Below are positions 39,312 to 47,893 of a stretch of 61,162 bases of DNA, piece after piece (the stretch's first letter is position 1; each line of letters opens with the position of its first letter). Under the pieces are notes generated by a model. The model did not search any database, was not told the DNA's origin, and saw only the letters and a list, made by a program, of their open reading frames with translations. The stretch is from a virus (Duplodnaviria > Caudoviricetes), in the IMG/VR virus record IMGVR_UViG_3300047550_001096, positions 1 through 61,162 of that record, one strand, 5' to 3'. A program made the position numbers and the translations under genes.

Positions 39312-39965
39312 TTATGCTGATGCTGGGGTCCAAGTACGATCTATGATCTTACCATATGATCCAGAAACGTCTTCAGGTAGAAGACGGAAAGAAACTTCAA
39401 ACATTGAAGCCTCATCACGCTTTGCAGATACTGTTACGTTCTCAATTGAGAGCGCACGGTATGCAGCGTAAACACGCTCTACATATGCAGAGTCTGCACA
39501 GTCTCCTGTGCCAGGTCCAACTGCAACAATACCACGCTCAACTGGGCACTCACCAATATCTCCTGCGGAGAGATTTAGTGCTTGTCCTGCTGAAGTAGCT
39601 TTATCTACTTCTGGGTCTAGTTGATCGTCGTTGTAAGCAAGAGCCAAGAGAAGATTCTCAAGAGTAGCTTCAGCAAAAGCGGTTGCAAGATTTACCTGCA
39701 TTCCTTGCTTATACAATTTAGCAACGTCAAGAATTTGGTCAACCTGTACTTCACCGAAGTCTGGCTGGAACTGCAATTCAAGACCGTTCATTGTATAACC
39801 AACATTTTTAAAATCTTCATCAACTGGTGATGTTGAAAGTGTGTCTTTGTAAGACTCATCAGTTTCAAAGCCAGGTAGTGAAGCCTCATCTAGTGTGCCG
39901 TTAGCTACGAAAAGAGCTGCTGCACCAACGATGATGTTTGTTGACGTACCACGAGTGTATGCCAT
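39312..39965 (-). CDS. Major tail (tube) protein
   Basis: NIIVGAA, VGYTMNG, VDQ, AEATLENL siphovirus tube pattern; strong RBS, own promoter and terminator. Confidence 0.85.
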   Translation of the reverse strand: MAYTRGTSTNIIVGAAALFVANGTLDEASLPGFETDESYKDTLSTSPVDEDFKNVGYTMNGLELQFQPDFGEVQVDQILDVAKLYKQGMQVNLATAFAEATLENLLLALAYNDDQLDPEVDKATSAGQALNLSAGDIGECPVERGIVAVGPGTGDCADSAYVERVYAAYRALSIENVTVSAKRDEASMFEVSFRLLPEDVSGSYGKIIDRTWTPASA

Positions 39966-40041
39966 TATTATTTCACCTCTACTTTCAATAGAATATATAT
40001 TAAGTTTTGGCGGGTTTCCTCAAGGCAAGTATATCAGCCTT

Positions 40042-40659
40042 TTAAACGATTTCTTTTTCAGCCAAATGCTCTGGTTGCCAGTCTGAATACATCACTTTAT
40101 CTGTATTACCCGTCCTGTTTGATGGATCTATAGGGGTTTGATGATAGTCAAACTCTACAATAAGTTTGTTTCCGCCATAGGTTCTTACTGAGCCAAAATC
40201 AAGTATATCTCTTGTTTCTTCTAACTGGTATACCTTAAAGTTATGAAAGTAAAAAATATTATCTATTAGATTTGGTGTTTGGGAGGTTCCAAGATTGATT
40301 CTTCTATTTGCACACCAGTTATTGAGCTCTTCTGCAGACTCATCAAATCTATCTAAAAGTCTGTAAACTATCTCAGTCACCTGTATCATATTTGGTATAG
40401 TGTTTTGTTCTGTAGCATAAAAATAGTAAAACATCTGTTCACATTTTATATGTGGAAAAGGTTTTTTGTTTATTTTAAAAAGTCTATCGTATGTAGACAT
40501 TACGCCTTCATTTGACGGAAAGCTTTGTGTTAGTGCATCTATGGTTGATGGAACAGATGGGAAAAAAGGAATTGAACTAAATCCAAAACTAGATAGCTTA
40601 TATTGTAAATATTTGTTTACCCAAACTATTGGAGTATTTAGTGGTGTGTCATTTGCCAT
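40042..40659 (-). CDS. Putative tail terminator/completion protein
   Basis: Synteny only: immediately before the tail tube gene. Confidence 0.5.
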   Translation of the reverse strand: MANDTPLNTPIVWVNKYLQYKLSSFGFSSIPFFPSVPSTIDALTQSFPSNEGVMSTYDRLFKINKKPFPHIKCEQMFYYFYATEQNTIPNMIQVTEIVYRLLDRFDESAEELNNWCANRRINLGTSQTPNLIDNIFYFHNFKVYQLEETRDILDFGSVRTYGGNKLIVEFDYHQTPIDPSNRTGNTDKVMYSDWQPEHLAEKEIV

Positions 40660-41336
40660 TATTGTATTACTCCTGCATTTGCTATCCAGGCATATCCTGT
40701 TGATATACCTTTTGCTCTTCCGCTCTTTTTACCAAACGAAAGATTCTTTTTATATAATACTGGATTATTTAAATAATTTAAAATTCCACTTGATCTCATA
40801 AAAGCTTGAGAAAAATAGTTATTGAAAAATAAATCTATTGTTTTTTCAAAAGATCCTTGAGTTCTTGTTCCTCCAGGGCTGTCTACGAGTACTGGGGACT
40901 TTGTAAATACAGTTTCACCATTGTCTTCAAAAACTAAAACATCTGAATTAACTGGTTCTATTCTTACTGAAATTCCTTCTTCCATAATTCTTGCTTTATC
41001 ATAAAATGGAACCCTTGAACCATCCTTAATAGTTGAAGATTGTCTAAAGTTTGTATAAAAAGAAAGTCCATTATTGCTAATAGTATATTTTATATCAAAA
41101 AGTCTTGCAGATGGACTTCCAGTTTTATACCATTCATAAACATGGTGTAAAGCTTCTGGGTCCATCTTTGCGCTAGTATCAACAAACTTACCTAGTAGTT
41201 CGGAAAGCAACTCTCCCATATTTCTAAAAAATACGCTTTTCCCTTTTTGTACTCCTTCTAAAAATCCAAAAGAATATTCAACAATATTTTTCATATCTTT
41301 TCTAAACTGATTACTATTTATACTAAGTTTAATCAT
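40659..41336 (-). CDS. Putative neck/tail-completion protein
   Basis: Synteny within the head-tail block. Confidence 0.5.
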   Translation of the reverse strand: MIKLSINSNQFRKDMKNIVEYSFGFLEGVQKGKSVFFRNMGELLSELLGKFVDTSAKMDPEALHHVYEWYKTGSPSARLFDIKYTISNNGLSFYTNFRQSSTIKDGSRVPFYDKARIMEEGISVRIEPVNSDVLVFEDNGETVFTKSPVLVDSPGGTRTQGSFEKTIDLFFNNYFSQAFMRSSGILNYLNNPVLYKKNLSFGKKSGRAKGISTGYAWIANAGVIQ

Positions 41337-41779
41337 AGATCTGACGCCTGATTCTCTGATCTTCGTATTACTAATTTATAATGTTCTACACCGCCGAATG
41401 GCCCAACTATTGGCTCATTAGAGGCTAACTCAAAAAGAGTAGATTTTCCAGATCTTGGTCCAGATGTTTCTAAATATACTAGGGTGTTATCTGCTGTTCT
41501 AATATTTGCTATTACAATATTAACCATTGCTTCTTTATTTTCTTTTGAACTAATTCTTATATCGTCTTTAGTTCTACCAAGAAGAGTTAACTCAGTATTA
41601 ATTTTCATATTTGGTTTTACTTCTTCTTCCCATGCAGTTCCAGCAGTAGCAAAATTACAAAGAATAGTTCTATCAAATACCCACTGTTTATTTAAATTTC
41701 CATATGCCCCTTGCTCAACTATTGGATAATATATATCAGCTTTCAATGGAAAAATAAAGTCTGGGGTATCGCATAACAC
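41333..41779 (-). CDS. Putative head-closure protein
   Basis: Synteny; beta-rich 148 aa. Confidence 0.5.
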   Translation of the reverse strand: MLCDTPDFIFPLKADIYYPIVEQGAYGNLNKQWVFDRTILCNFATAGTAWEEEVKPNMKINTELTLLGRTKDDIRISSKENKEAMVNIVIANIRTADNTLVYLETSGPRSGKSTLFELASNEPIVGPFGGVEHYKLVIRRSENQASDL

Positions 41780-42690
41780 TATAATAATCCAATCTTTGTA
41801 ATACTCTTTAGATATTTACTAAGTATTTTATCCACAATCATATTACCAGTTCCGTCTAGAACAGATTTATCAAATTGAATCTTATACTGATCAGTGCTAT
41901 AAGATGTTACATATCTCTTGTAGTAATCAAGCTTTCCACATTTAAGATCTTCAATTAATAGTTTTGTTGCATATTCAATATCTGGTGGAATAGCTTTATA
42001 TCCAACATCTAAAACAAATAAGAAATCACATAAAACTGGGAATGTGCCAGATCTCATTCCTGTACTTGCAATATCTCCTGCTGCTGGCTGTAATCCAAGT
42101 GGCTGAGATTGTAGTCTATCAAATGGTCCATCTTCAATACGAATAATTGCTGTATTATCAAGAGTAATTGTATATGTTTCTTTATTATCTTCTGGATTTT
42201 CTGCATCAACATCAAATATTAATTCATTATCACGATATACCTTTAGTACCTTATTAACATCTTCCCATATTGGAAAATAATCTGATCCAGTACCGTTTGT
42301 TTCAACTATATGTTTATTATTATAAAATCCTTCACTAACAACTGAGTCTATAATCCCTCTAGCAACAAGCTCAAGCATTTTATATTCTTGTATTTCAGAC
42401 GCTGTGGTACCTAAATTTCTATAATCAATATATGGTCTAATAATGTCTAAATTGCTATCTAAAACAATAGTTCCGCTAGTATCTAAAATTCTAAAAAGAA
42501 ATATTCTGTCAAACTGTGCTTTTGCTTGTGTAATTGTATATGTTATTTTAGAACTAGAATCTGACGTTACATCTTGTGTTTCAACAGAGTGATCAACAAG
42601 ATCTTCAATATATAGTTGATATTCCGTATTAGGACTTGGAACATCCCACTTTGTTTCTATTGGATATGGGGGTAATCGTAATACTTCCAT
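41779..42690 (-). CDS. Head-tail adaptor protein
   Basis: GYKAIPPDIEYAT and TGNMIVDKILSKY adaptor-like motifs. Confidence 0.65.
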   Translation of the reverse strand: MEVLRLPPYPIETKWDVPSPNTEYQLYIEDLVDHSVETQDVTSDSSSKITYTITQAKAQFDRIFLFRILDTSGTIVLDSNLDIIRPYIDYRNLGTTASEIQEYKMLELVARGIIDSVVSEGFYNNKHIVETNGTGSDYFPIWEDVNKVLKVYRDNELIFDVDAENPEDNKETYTITLDNTAIIRIEDGPFDRLQSQPLGLQPAAGDIASTGMRSGTFPVLCDFLFVLDVGYKAIPPDIEYATKLLIEDLKCGKLDYYKRYVTSYSTDQYKIQFDKSVLDGTGNMIVDKILSKYLKSITKIGLL

Positions 42691-43046
42691 TAAATTTTAC
42701 CGTAATGTTTGGCTACCTCTTGAGGCGTCGCTTCACGAACATTCTTGCGAGTAAGCCACTTAACGGATTCCTCCTTTGTGACAATGTTATATCCTTTTTC
42801 AAGGGTCCCCACGCCATTCCAATGAATATTGCCTATTGAAAAAAGAGCTACTTTTTCTTTTGGCTTTTTAGTTTCTTTTTCTTTTGCCTTTGCTTCTTCA
42901 GTTGGAACAAAAGGCAGAATAGCTTCTAGTATTTCTATTTTTGTATTTGCGCCTAATAGATCAATGTTATTTTTCTTTGCATATGATTTTAATTGTGGAA
43001 CAGTCTTTTTATTAAACTGTTCAACTACTTCTTTTGTTGTTGCCAT
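42690..43046 (-). CDS. Hypothetical protein with Rho-N/HeH-like helix-extension-helix
   Basis: KTVPQLKSYAKKNNIDL...KIEILEAI. Start moved to MATTK (43046) behind GGAGGA and a TGATATAAT box. Confidence 0.65.
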   Translation of the reverse strand: MATTKEVVEQFNKKTVPQLKSYAKKNNIDLLGANTKIEILEAILPFVPTEEAKAKEKETKKPKEKVALFSIGNIHWNGVGTLEKGYNIVTKEESVKWLTRKNVREATPQEVAKHYGKI

Positions 43047-43077
43047 TATATCCTCCACTGCTATTATATCAGAATTG

Positions 43078-43290
43078 CTATTTATAAAGACTTTGTGGTT
43101 TTTTAACTCCCGCTGGAGTTCCACTCATTATTATATTTTCACCAAAGTTTGCTGTAGGAATACAACCCATGGCAAATCTTTGTGTAATTATTCCATTTGG
43201 TCCACTTATTACAGTGCCAATGCCACCCGCAGCAATTGCACCTTGTCCACCATGTTGGTGTTGAACTGTTGGATTTCCTGGATATGACAT
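43078..43290 (-). CDS. 70-aa stand-alone paralog of the major capsid protein N-terminal arm
   Basis: YPGNPTVQHQHGGQGAIAAGGIG matches MCP YPGAPTVSHQHGGDGAFASGDIG; own RBS AGGAG. Confidence 0.8.
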   Translation of the reverse strand: MSYPGNPTVQHQHGGQGAIAAGGIGTVISGPNGIITQRFAMGCIPTANFGENIIMSGTPAGVKKPQSLYK

Positions 43291-43300
43291 TTGTTCTCCT

Positions 43301-43341
43301 AATGACTAAGGAGGACAGTTTTACCTGCCCTCCTTATCATT
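43301..43341 (-). other. Long RNA hairpin between the MCP gene and the N-arm gene (no U-tract)
   Basis: AAUGA-UAAGGAGGGCAG-GUAAAA-CUGUCCUCCUUA-G-UCAUU, ending directly before the next SD. Confidence 0.7.
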
Positions 43342-43354
43342 TAGTTTTTACAAA

Positions 43355-44494
43355 CTATGCGGTTGGGTCAACTGCTGCATCCGCATAAGCGACTGCATCA
43401 AGCTCTTCCCATTGAATACCAAAGCGTACAAATACTGTGTACTCAATTGTATCCTTCTTTGGCTTGTACTCACGGTTTACCGTGATATCACGCTGGAAGC
43501 CCCATACACGGTTAGCAGGGAATGTTAGATCAACATAATCTGCTGGGTAGTAAGGAACTTCTTGTACATCAATTCCAAGGACACGTGTAGTACGTGCTCC
43601 TCCGAATGTCTGTGCAGCACCATCAAGATATGCTTGACGGTTCTGTGCTGTACCAGCAACACGTGGTGCAAATGCTTCTGCAATTGCATCAGCAAGTGTA
43701 CCGTTATTCTTTACGATACCCTGGAATGCATCAGTACCAGCATAGAACTTAAGATTGGTCTTAAGTGCACGATACTTACGTGGCATTGCTAGGATAATAT
43801 CCTGCATTACCTCTGTTGTCCAGTTATCATCAGTAACGGTAACGGCTGCTTCATGAGCATCGCCAGTTGTCGTAACTTTGTGTACGAAACCTTCCATGAT
43901 TGAAAGGAAGTCGCCAGTTGAACCATCGCCATTAATAGCAAGGTCTTCAATATCATTAGCAAATGCATTGGTCATCAAGCGAACTAGATGATCTTCCAAC
44001 GCACCTCCTTCAATATTGTCTTCTAGTGCTTCAGTTGAAACTTCCCAGTCAAGACGAATCTTTTTGGTAGTAAGTTCAACCTTAGTAAATGTAGCACCTG
44101 CGTTTGTATAATCAGAGCTTGCTTGTGCAGCAGCACGGATTACACGCTCACCAACGTTAACTTTCTCAAGTTCCATGGTGTTTGCTCGCATTGTAACTCT
44201 ACGACCATCTTTGGCGAGAACTGTTGCATCCCACACGTAGTCGATGAAGCGGCGAGCCTGCTCTGGAAGGAGGATACCACCTGGTGCGCCAGTAGGATTT
44301 ACTGCGTTTGGACCAGTTGTAACACCCCATTCAGGTGTAGCGATATTACCCAATTGTGCACCAATATCAGATGTGGTTGGGCTTGTAGCCGTTGCACCTC
44401 CGATATCACCAGATGCGAATGCACCATCTCCACCATGCTGATGTGAGACTGTTGGTGCTCCTGGATAATTCTTTACGATTTCTTGTTCCGACAT
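43355..44494 (-). CDS. Major capsid protein (HK97 fold)
   Basis: GGILLPEQARRFI, STEALEDNIEG, AFANDIEDLAINGD; follows protease/scaffold. Start at MSEQE behind AGGAGGTG. Confidence 0.92.
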   Translation of the reverse strand: MSEQEIVKNYPGAPTVSHQHGGDGAFASGDIGGATATSPTTSDIGAQLGNIATPEWGVTTGPNAVNPTGAPGGILLPEQARRFIDYVWDATVLAKDGRRVTMRANTMELEKVNVGERVIRAAAQASSDYTNAGATFTKVELTTKKIRLDWEVSTEALEDNIEGGALEDHLVRLMTNAFANDIEDLAINGDGSTGDFLSIMEGFVHKVTTTGDAHEAAVTVTDDNWTTEVMQDIILAMPRKYRALKTNLKFYAGTDAFQGIVKNNGTLADAIAEAFAPRVAGTAQNRQAYLDGAAQTFGGARTTRVLGIDVQEVPYYPADYVDLTFPANRVWGFQRDITVNREYKPKKDTIEYTVFVRFGIQWEELDAVAYADAAVDPTA

Positions 44495-44522
44495 ATTGTT
44501 CACCTCCTAGTGAATTTGTACC

Positions 44523-45818
44523 TTAATTAAATAGGTCGGCATTTGTGAGGAAACGTCCGCCCCATAGGGATTTTTGAACCTGTTTTACAACAGGCTCCTG
44601 CACGATCTCGCCTAGATCGCCAGACTTGCGGAAAGCTGTATCTTTTTCAACAAGATCAACTCGCTTTCCAAACTCATTAAAAGTACCCTTTACTTGGCTT
44701 ACCTCACTTGCTACAGACTTTACTTCGCCTGTAACTGTTTCAAGGGACTTTGTGATTGCATCAACATTAGTCTGTAAAGACTTAACTGTTTCAGCAAGAT
44801 TGCTCAAGGCATTAGTTAGAGATTCTTTAATTTCAGTAACAGACTTAGCAATATCTGCAGCTGTATCAACAACTGCATCAACTGACTTTTCTGCTACATC
44901 TTCAACAGCAGGAGTTTCTGCTGGTGTCTCTTCTGCTGGCTCTGATGCAGGAGCTTCCTCTGCAGGAACTTCTGCTGGAGCCTCTACTGGAGCCTCTGGA
45001 GCAACCTCAACATTGTCAACTACTTCTGGTGTATCTGCAACTGGTGCATCTACAACTTCTGTTGTTTCTTCTGTCATAGGATTTTCCTCCTTTGTCATCT
45101 TAATTGTTCTAATGCCTTTTGCACTATCAACTAAGAACTTTACTGTTTCTGTGTCATTAATATCTTCTACGAATCCAATATTTTTCATCGTACCACTGCA
45201 AGATGGGCAACTTTCTTCTGACTCTTTAGAAAGTCTAACTATGTCGTCAGTATTGCACCAGTAAACAGTATCAATAACAGCTTTAGCAAGATATCCGCTA
45301 ATCTGTCCTTTCTCAATTGAAATGACATTTGCGAATTGATTTGCTGGATTATCAACTAATGATAACTCGTGTAAATCATATTCTTTAATTATGCGAATTG
45401 ATTTATCAATTTTTTCATCATATGTATCATCAGACTTTGTAATATTTCCACCAATTGAAAAACCAGTTAGTGTACCGTCAAGAACTTTTTCCCAAGTATC
45501 TTGAGCCCCCTTTGATACATAAGCTGAAACATAAACACCACTATAGAATTTTTTTGCCTTTGGATCAAAATAACGGTCTTCTTTAAAAGATACAACTTTG
45601 CCAACAGCATTTGGTTGATGCATTTCACGAAGATTTCCACGAAACCTCTTAAATGCATCTATACTTGCTTCAGTTGTGACAATATCGTTTTGCTTGTCTA
45701 CATTGTCTAATGTAGCAAATCCAGATACGATACGACGCTCTTTGTCTACTTTTCCAATAGGCATAGAGAAGCGAACATTGTCGCCATCGGTTGTCCATTG
45801 CGCTTTATTTATGGTCAT
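44523..45818 (-). CDS. Prohead protease fused to scaffold region
   Basis: RIVSGFA, REMH, GFSIGG, ELSLVDNPAN, then an acidic Pro/Ala/Glu linker and coiled coil. Confidence 0.88.
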   Translation of the reverse strand: MTINKAQWTTDGDNVRFSMPIGKVDKERRIVSGFATLDNVDKQNDIVTTEASIDAFKRFRGNLREMHQPNAVGKVVSFKEDRYFDPKAKKFYSGVYVSAYVSKGAQDTWEKVLDGTLTGFSIGGNITKSDDTYDEKIDKSIRIIKEYDLHELSLVDNPANQFANVISIEKGQISGYLAKAVIDTVYWCNTDDIVRLSKESEESCPSCSGTMKNIGFVEDINDTETVKFLVDSAKGIRTIKMTKEENPMTEETTEVVDAPVADTPEVVDNVEVAPEAPVEAPAEVPAEEAPASEPAEETPAETPAVEDVAEKSVDAVVDTAADIAKSVTEIKESLTNALSNLAETVKSLQTNVDAITKSLETVTGEVKSVASEVSQVKGTFNEFGKRVDLVEKDTAFRKSGDLGEIVQEPVVKQVQKSLWGGRFLTNADLFN

Positions 45819-45858
45819 GGCAGATTAATTATATCATTCCTTTATAATGATTTCTCAA

Positions 45859-47505
45859 CTATTGAGAAGATCTTCCTTCTCCTTGTGGATTTCTTCCAGA
45901 AATAGTAGAAGGTGAATCTGAGTTATTATTTGTTCTTTGTGCGTCTCTTTCCCTATTACCCGCCACATTAGCCCTAGCGTCTGTAGCCTGTCTTGGAGAC
46001 ATAACAAATGGCATATTACCATCACCGTCTGGTCTTGGAGGAAGGTCAATAATTTCACGAGCCTCGTCAGGTGTCATAACCTGTGTTTTTACGTATCTTT
46101 CAAGAATTTGAGACTGTGCTATTTCGTCAGTTAAAGTCATTTCATTAAACTTTAATTCAAGAACATCTGTCTTTTCTTTAATTATTTTATTGACAATTTT
46201 CTCTAACTGAGCCTGTGCTGGACGTGCAACCTGTTCCTTAAATGTTCTATCCTGAGACATTGCAGCAGCAATAGCAGCAGAGTCTGATCCACCAAGCTTT
46301 GATATTGGAACTTGATGTGCAACTAAAATATCATCACGATTTTGTTTACGATATTCTTTAAACGATGCTTCCTGAACAGCAGTTTCAACAGGTTCCATAT
46401 TAAACTCAACTTTATTATTATCTGTATCACCAGGAAGCGGAATATATAGAGTTCTATGATTTTGACCCTTTAGGCCAGTTTGCAAAAATCTAAACATTTT
46501 ATCTTCTGCTTCAGCAGAAAGCTTTGCACCTTTTACTGTAATTATATATCTTGGAGCACCTTTGTTTGAAAAATATTCAATGTTGTATTGTGCAGCAAGT
46601 GAATCACCAATTAATGAAGATACAGCAGAAACAATATCTGGAACACCATAATATGTATTTAGTGGAGAATATTCTTTAAGATGAATTATCTCATTAGGTC
46701 TTCCATCTACTGTTATTGGGTTTTGATTTTTTGCCCCAAAATTTCTAAAATAAACAACTTTTTGTCCAATAATCTGAACAAAACCATCACGAAGACGACG
46801 AACACGAATAGTAGGAGCAGGTATATGTCCAACATATCCAATCTCTCCACTAACAGTTCTTCCTATTTCAATAAATCCGTTTCCAGTTGATTGAAGATCT
46901 GTATAAACTTTTTCCATAGTTGTTGTAAAAGAATCATCATCATTTAATGACTCTAGCCAATCACGCATTTGTAACTTCATTCTTTCAATGCGATTACGTG
47001 CACGATCAACAGCGCCTTCGTCTTCACTATTTTCAAATTTTAACATTGTGCGATCTGTAATATCAAAACGGTATCCAAGACCAACAACATTTTCTACCTT
47101 TGCGTCAATAGCAGCATGATTTGCAAATGACGTATCGTAATAACTTGCTAATTCATAAAGATTATATGGAGGTGTAATAACATCAAACAATCCATAGCCA
47201 TTTCTATAAACAGAACCAGTGCTAATTTGTTTTGATCCAGTACCGTCTTGTCCTGTTGGAATAGCTCCTGCATTTTCTAAGTATGCGTTTGTTGGTTCAA
47301 CATTACTATAACCATATACTTTAGATACGCTTCTAGTAGTTCTTCGTTTAAAGTTTTGATCTAGTCCAGAAAAGTCTTTAAGCAAATTCCAATCTTTATT
47401 AAATGGATCTTGATGTTTAAAAATATTATCTGGCTCTTCTTGTGTTCTTAAGCTAGCCTGTATATAATCGTATTCTTTACTCAATTTCGTATGCCTCTCT
47501 ACCAT
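45859..47505 (-). CDS. Portal protein
   Basis: TGNGFIEIGR, EIIHL, YYGVPD, YFSNKGAP, AHQVP, MTPDEARE. True start may be TTG at 47484. Confidence 0.9.
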   Translation of the reverse strand: MVERHTKLSKEYDYIQASLRTQEEPDNIFKHQDPFNKDWNLLKDFSGLDQNFKRRTTRSVSKVYGYSNVEPTNAYLENAGAIPTGQDGTGSKQISTGSVYRNGYGLFDVITPPYNLYELASYYDTSFANHAAIDAKVENVVGLGYRFDITDRTMLKFENSEDEGAVDRARNRIERMKLQMRDWLESLNDDDSFTTTMEKVYTDLQSTGNGFIEIGRTVSGEIGYVGHIPAPTIRVRRLRDGFVQIIGQKVVYFRNFGAKNQNPITVDGRPNEIIHLKEYSPLNTYYGVPDIVSAVSSLIGDSLAAQYNIEYFSNKGAPRYIITVKGAKLSAEAEDKMFRFLQTGLKGQNHRTLYIPLPGDTDNNKVEFNMEPVETAVQEASFKEYRKQNRDDILVAHQVPISKLGGSDSAAIAAAMSQDRTFKEQVARPAQAQLEKIVNKIIKEKTDVLELKFNEMTLTDEIAQSQILERYVKTQVMTPDEAREIIDLPPRPDGDGNMPFVMSPRQATDARANVAGNRERDAQRTNNNSDSPSTISGRNPQGEGRSSQ

Positions 47506-47875
47506 GTTTATTTAAAGTTTGTTGTGCAGCATGCCATGCACCAAGATCGTTCATTGAAGGAATGAGTCCCTGCTTCATACGATCTAATTGTTCAGAATAT
47601 TCTTCGTCAGTAATCCTTGTAAGGCCAGGAACAAATACTGCCTCTCCATCTCCATCATCTCCGTAGTATCTTGCTGCATCTTTAAGTTTAGCTATTTGAG
47701 CAATATCTCCACGTGTAGACTCAATATTTAATACATTACCTTCACCGTCTGTAAACCATTTTCCATTTGATTTTTTATAAACGTAAAGTCCCCAATTATA
47801 TTTTTTTTCAATAACCTGACGACGCACATTTCCTACAATGGGTTTACCAGTTTTTGGATTAATTAAAGGATTCAT
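47477..47875 (-). CDS. Conserved hypothetical protein upstream of the portal
   Basis: Intact ORF; TGGTATACT 7 nt upstream of the ATG. Confidence 0.75.
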   Translation of the reverse strand: MNPLINPKTGKPIVGNVRRQVIEKKYNWGLYVYKKSNGKWFTDGEGNVLNIESTRGDIAQIAKLKDAARYYGDDGDGEAVFVPGLTRITDEEYSEQLDRMKQGLIPSMNDLGAWHAAQQTLNKHGREAYEIE

Positions 47876-47893
47876 GTACTAAAGTATACCAGA

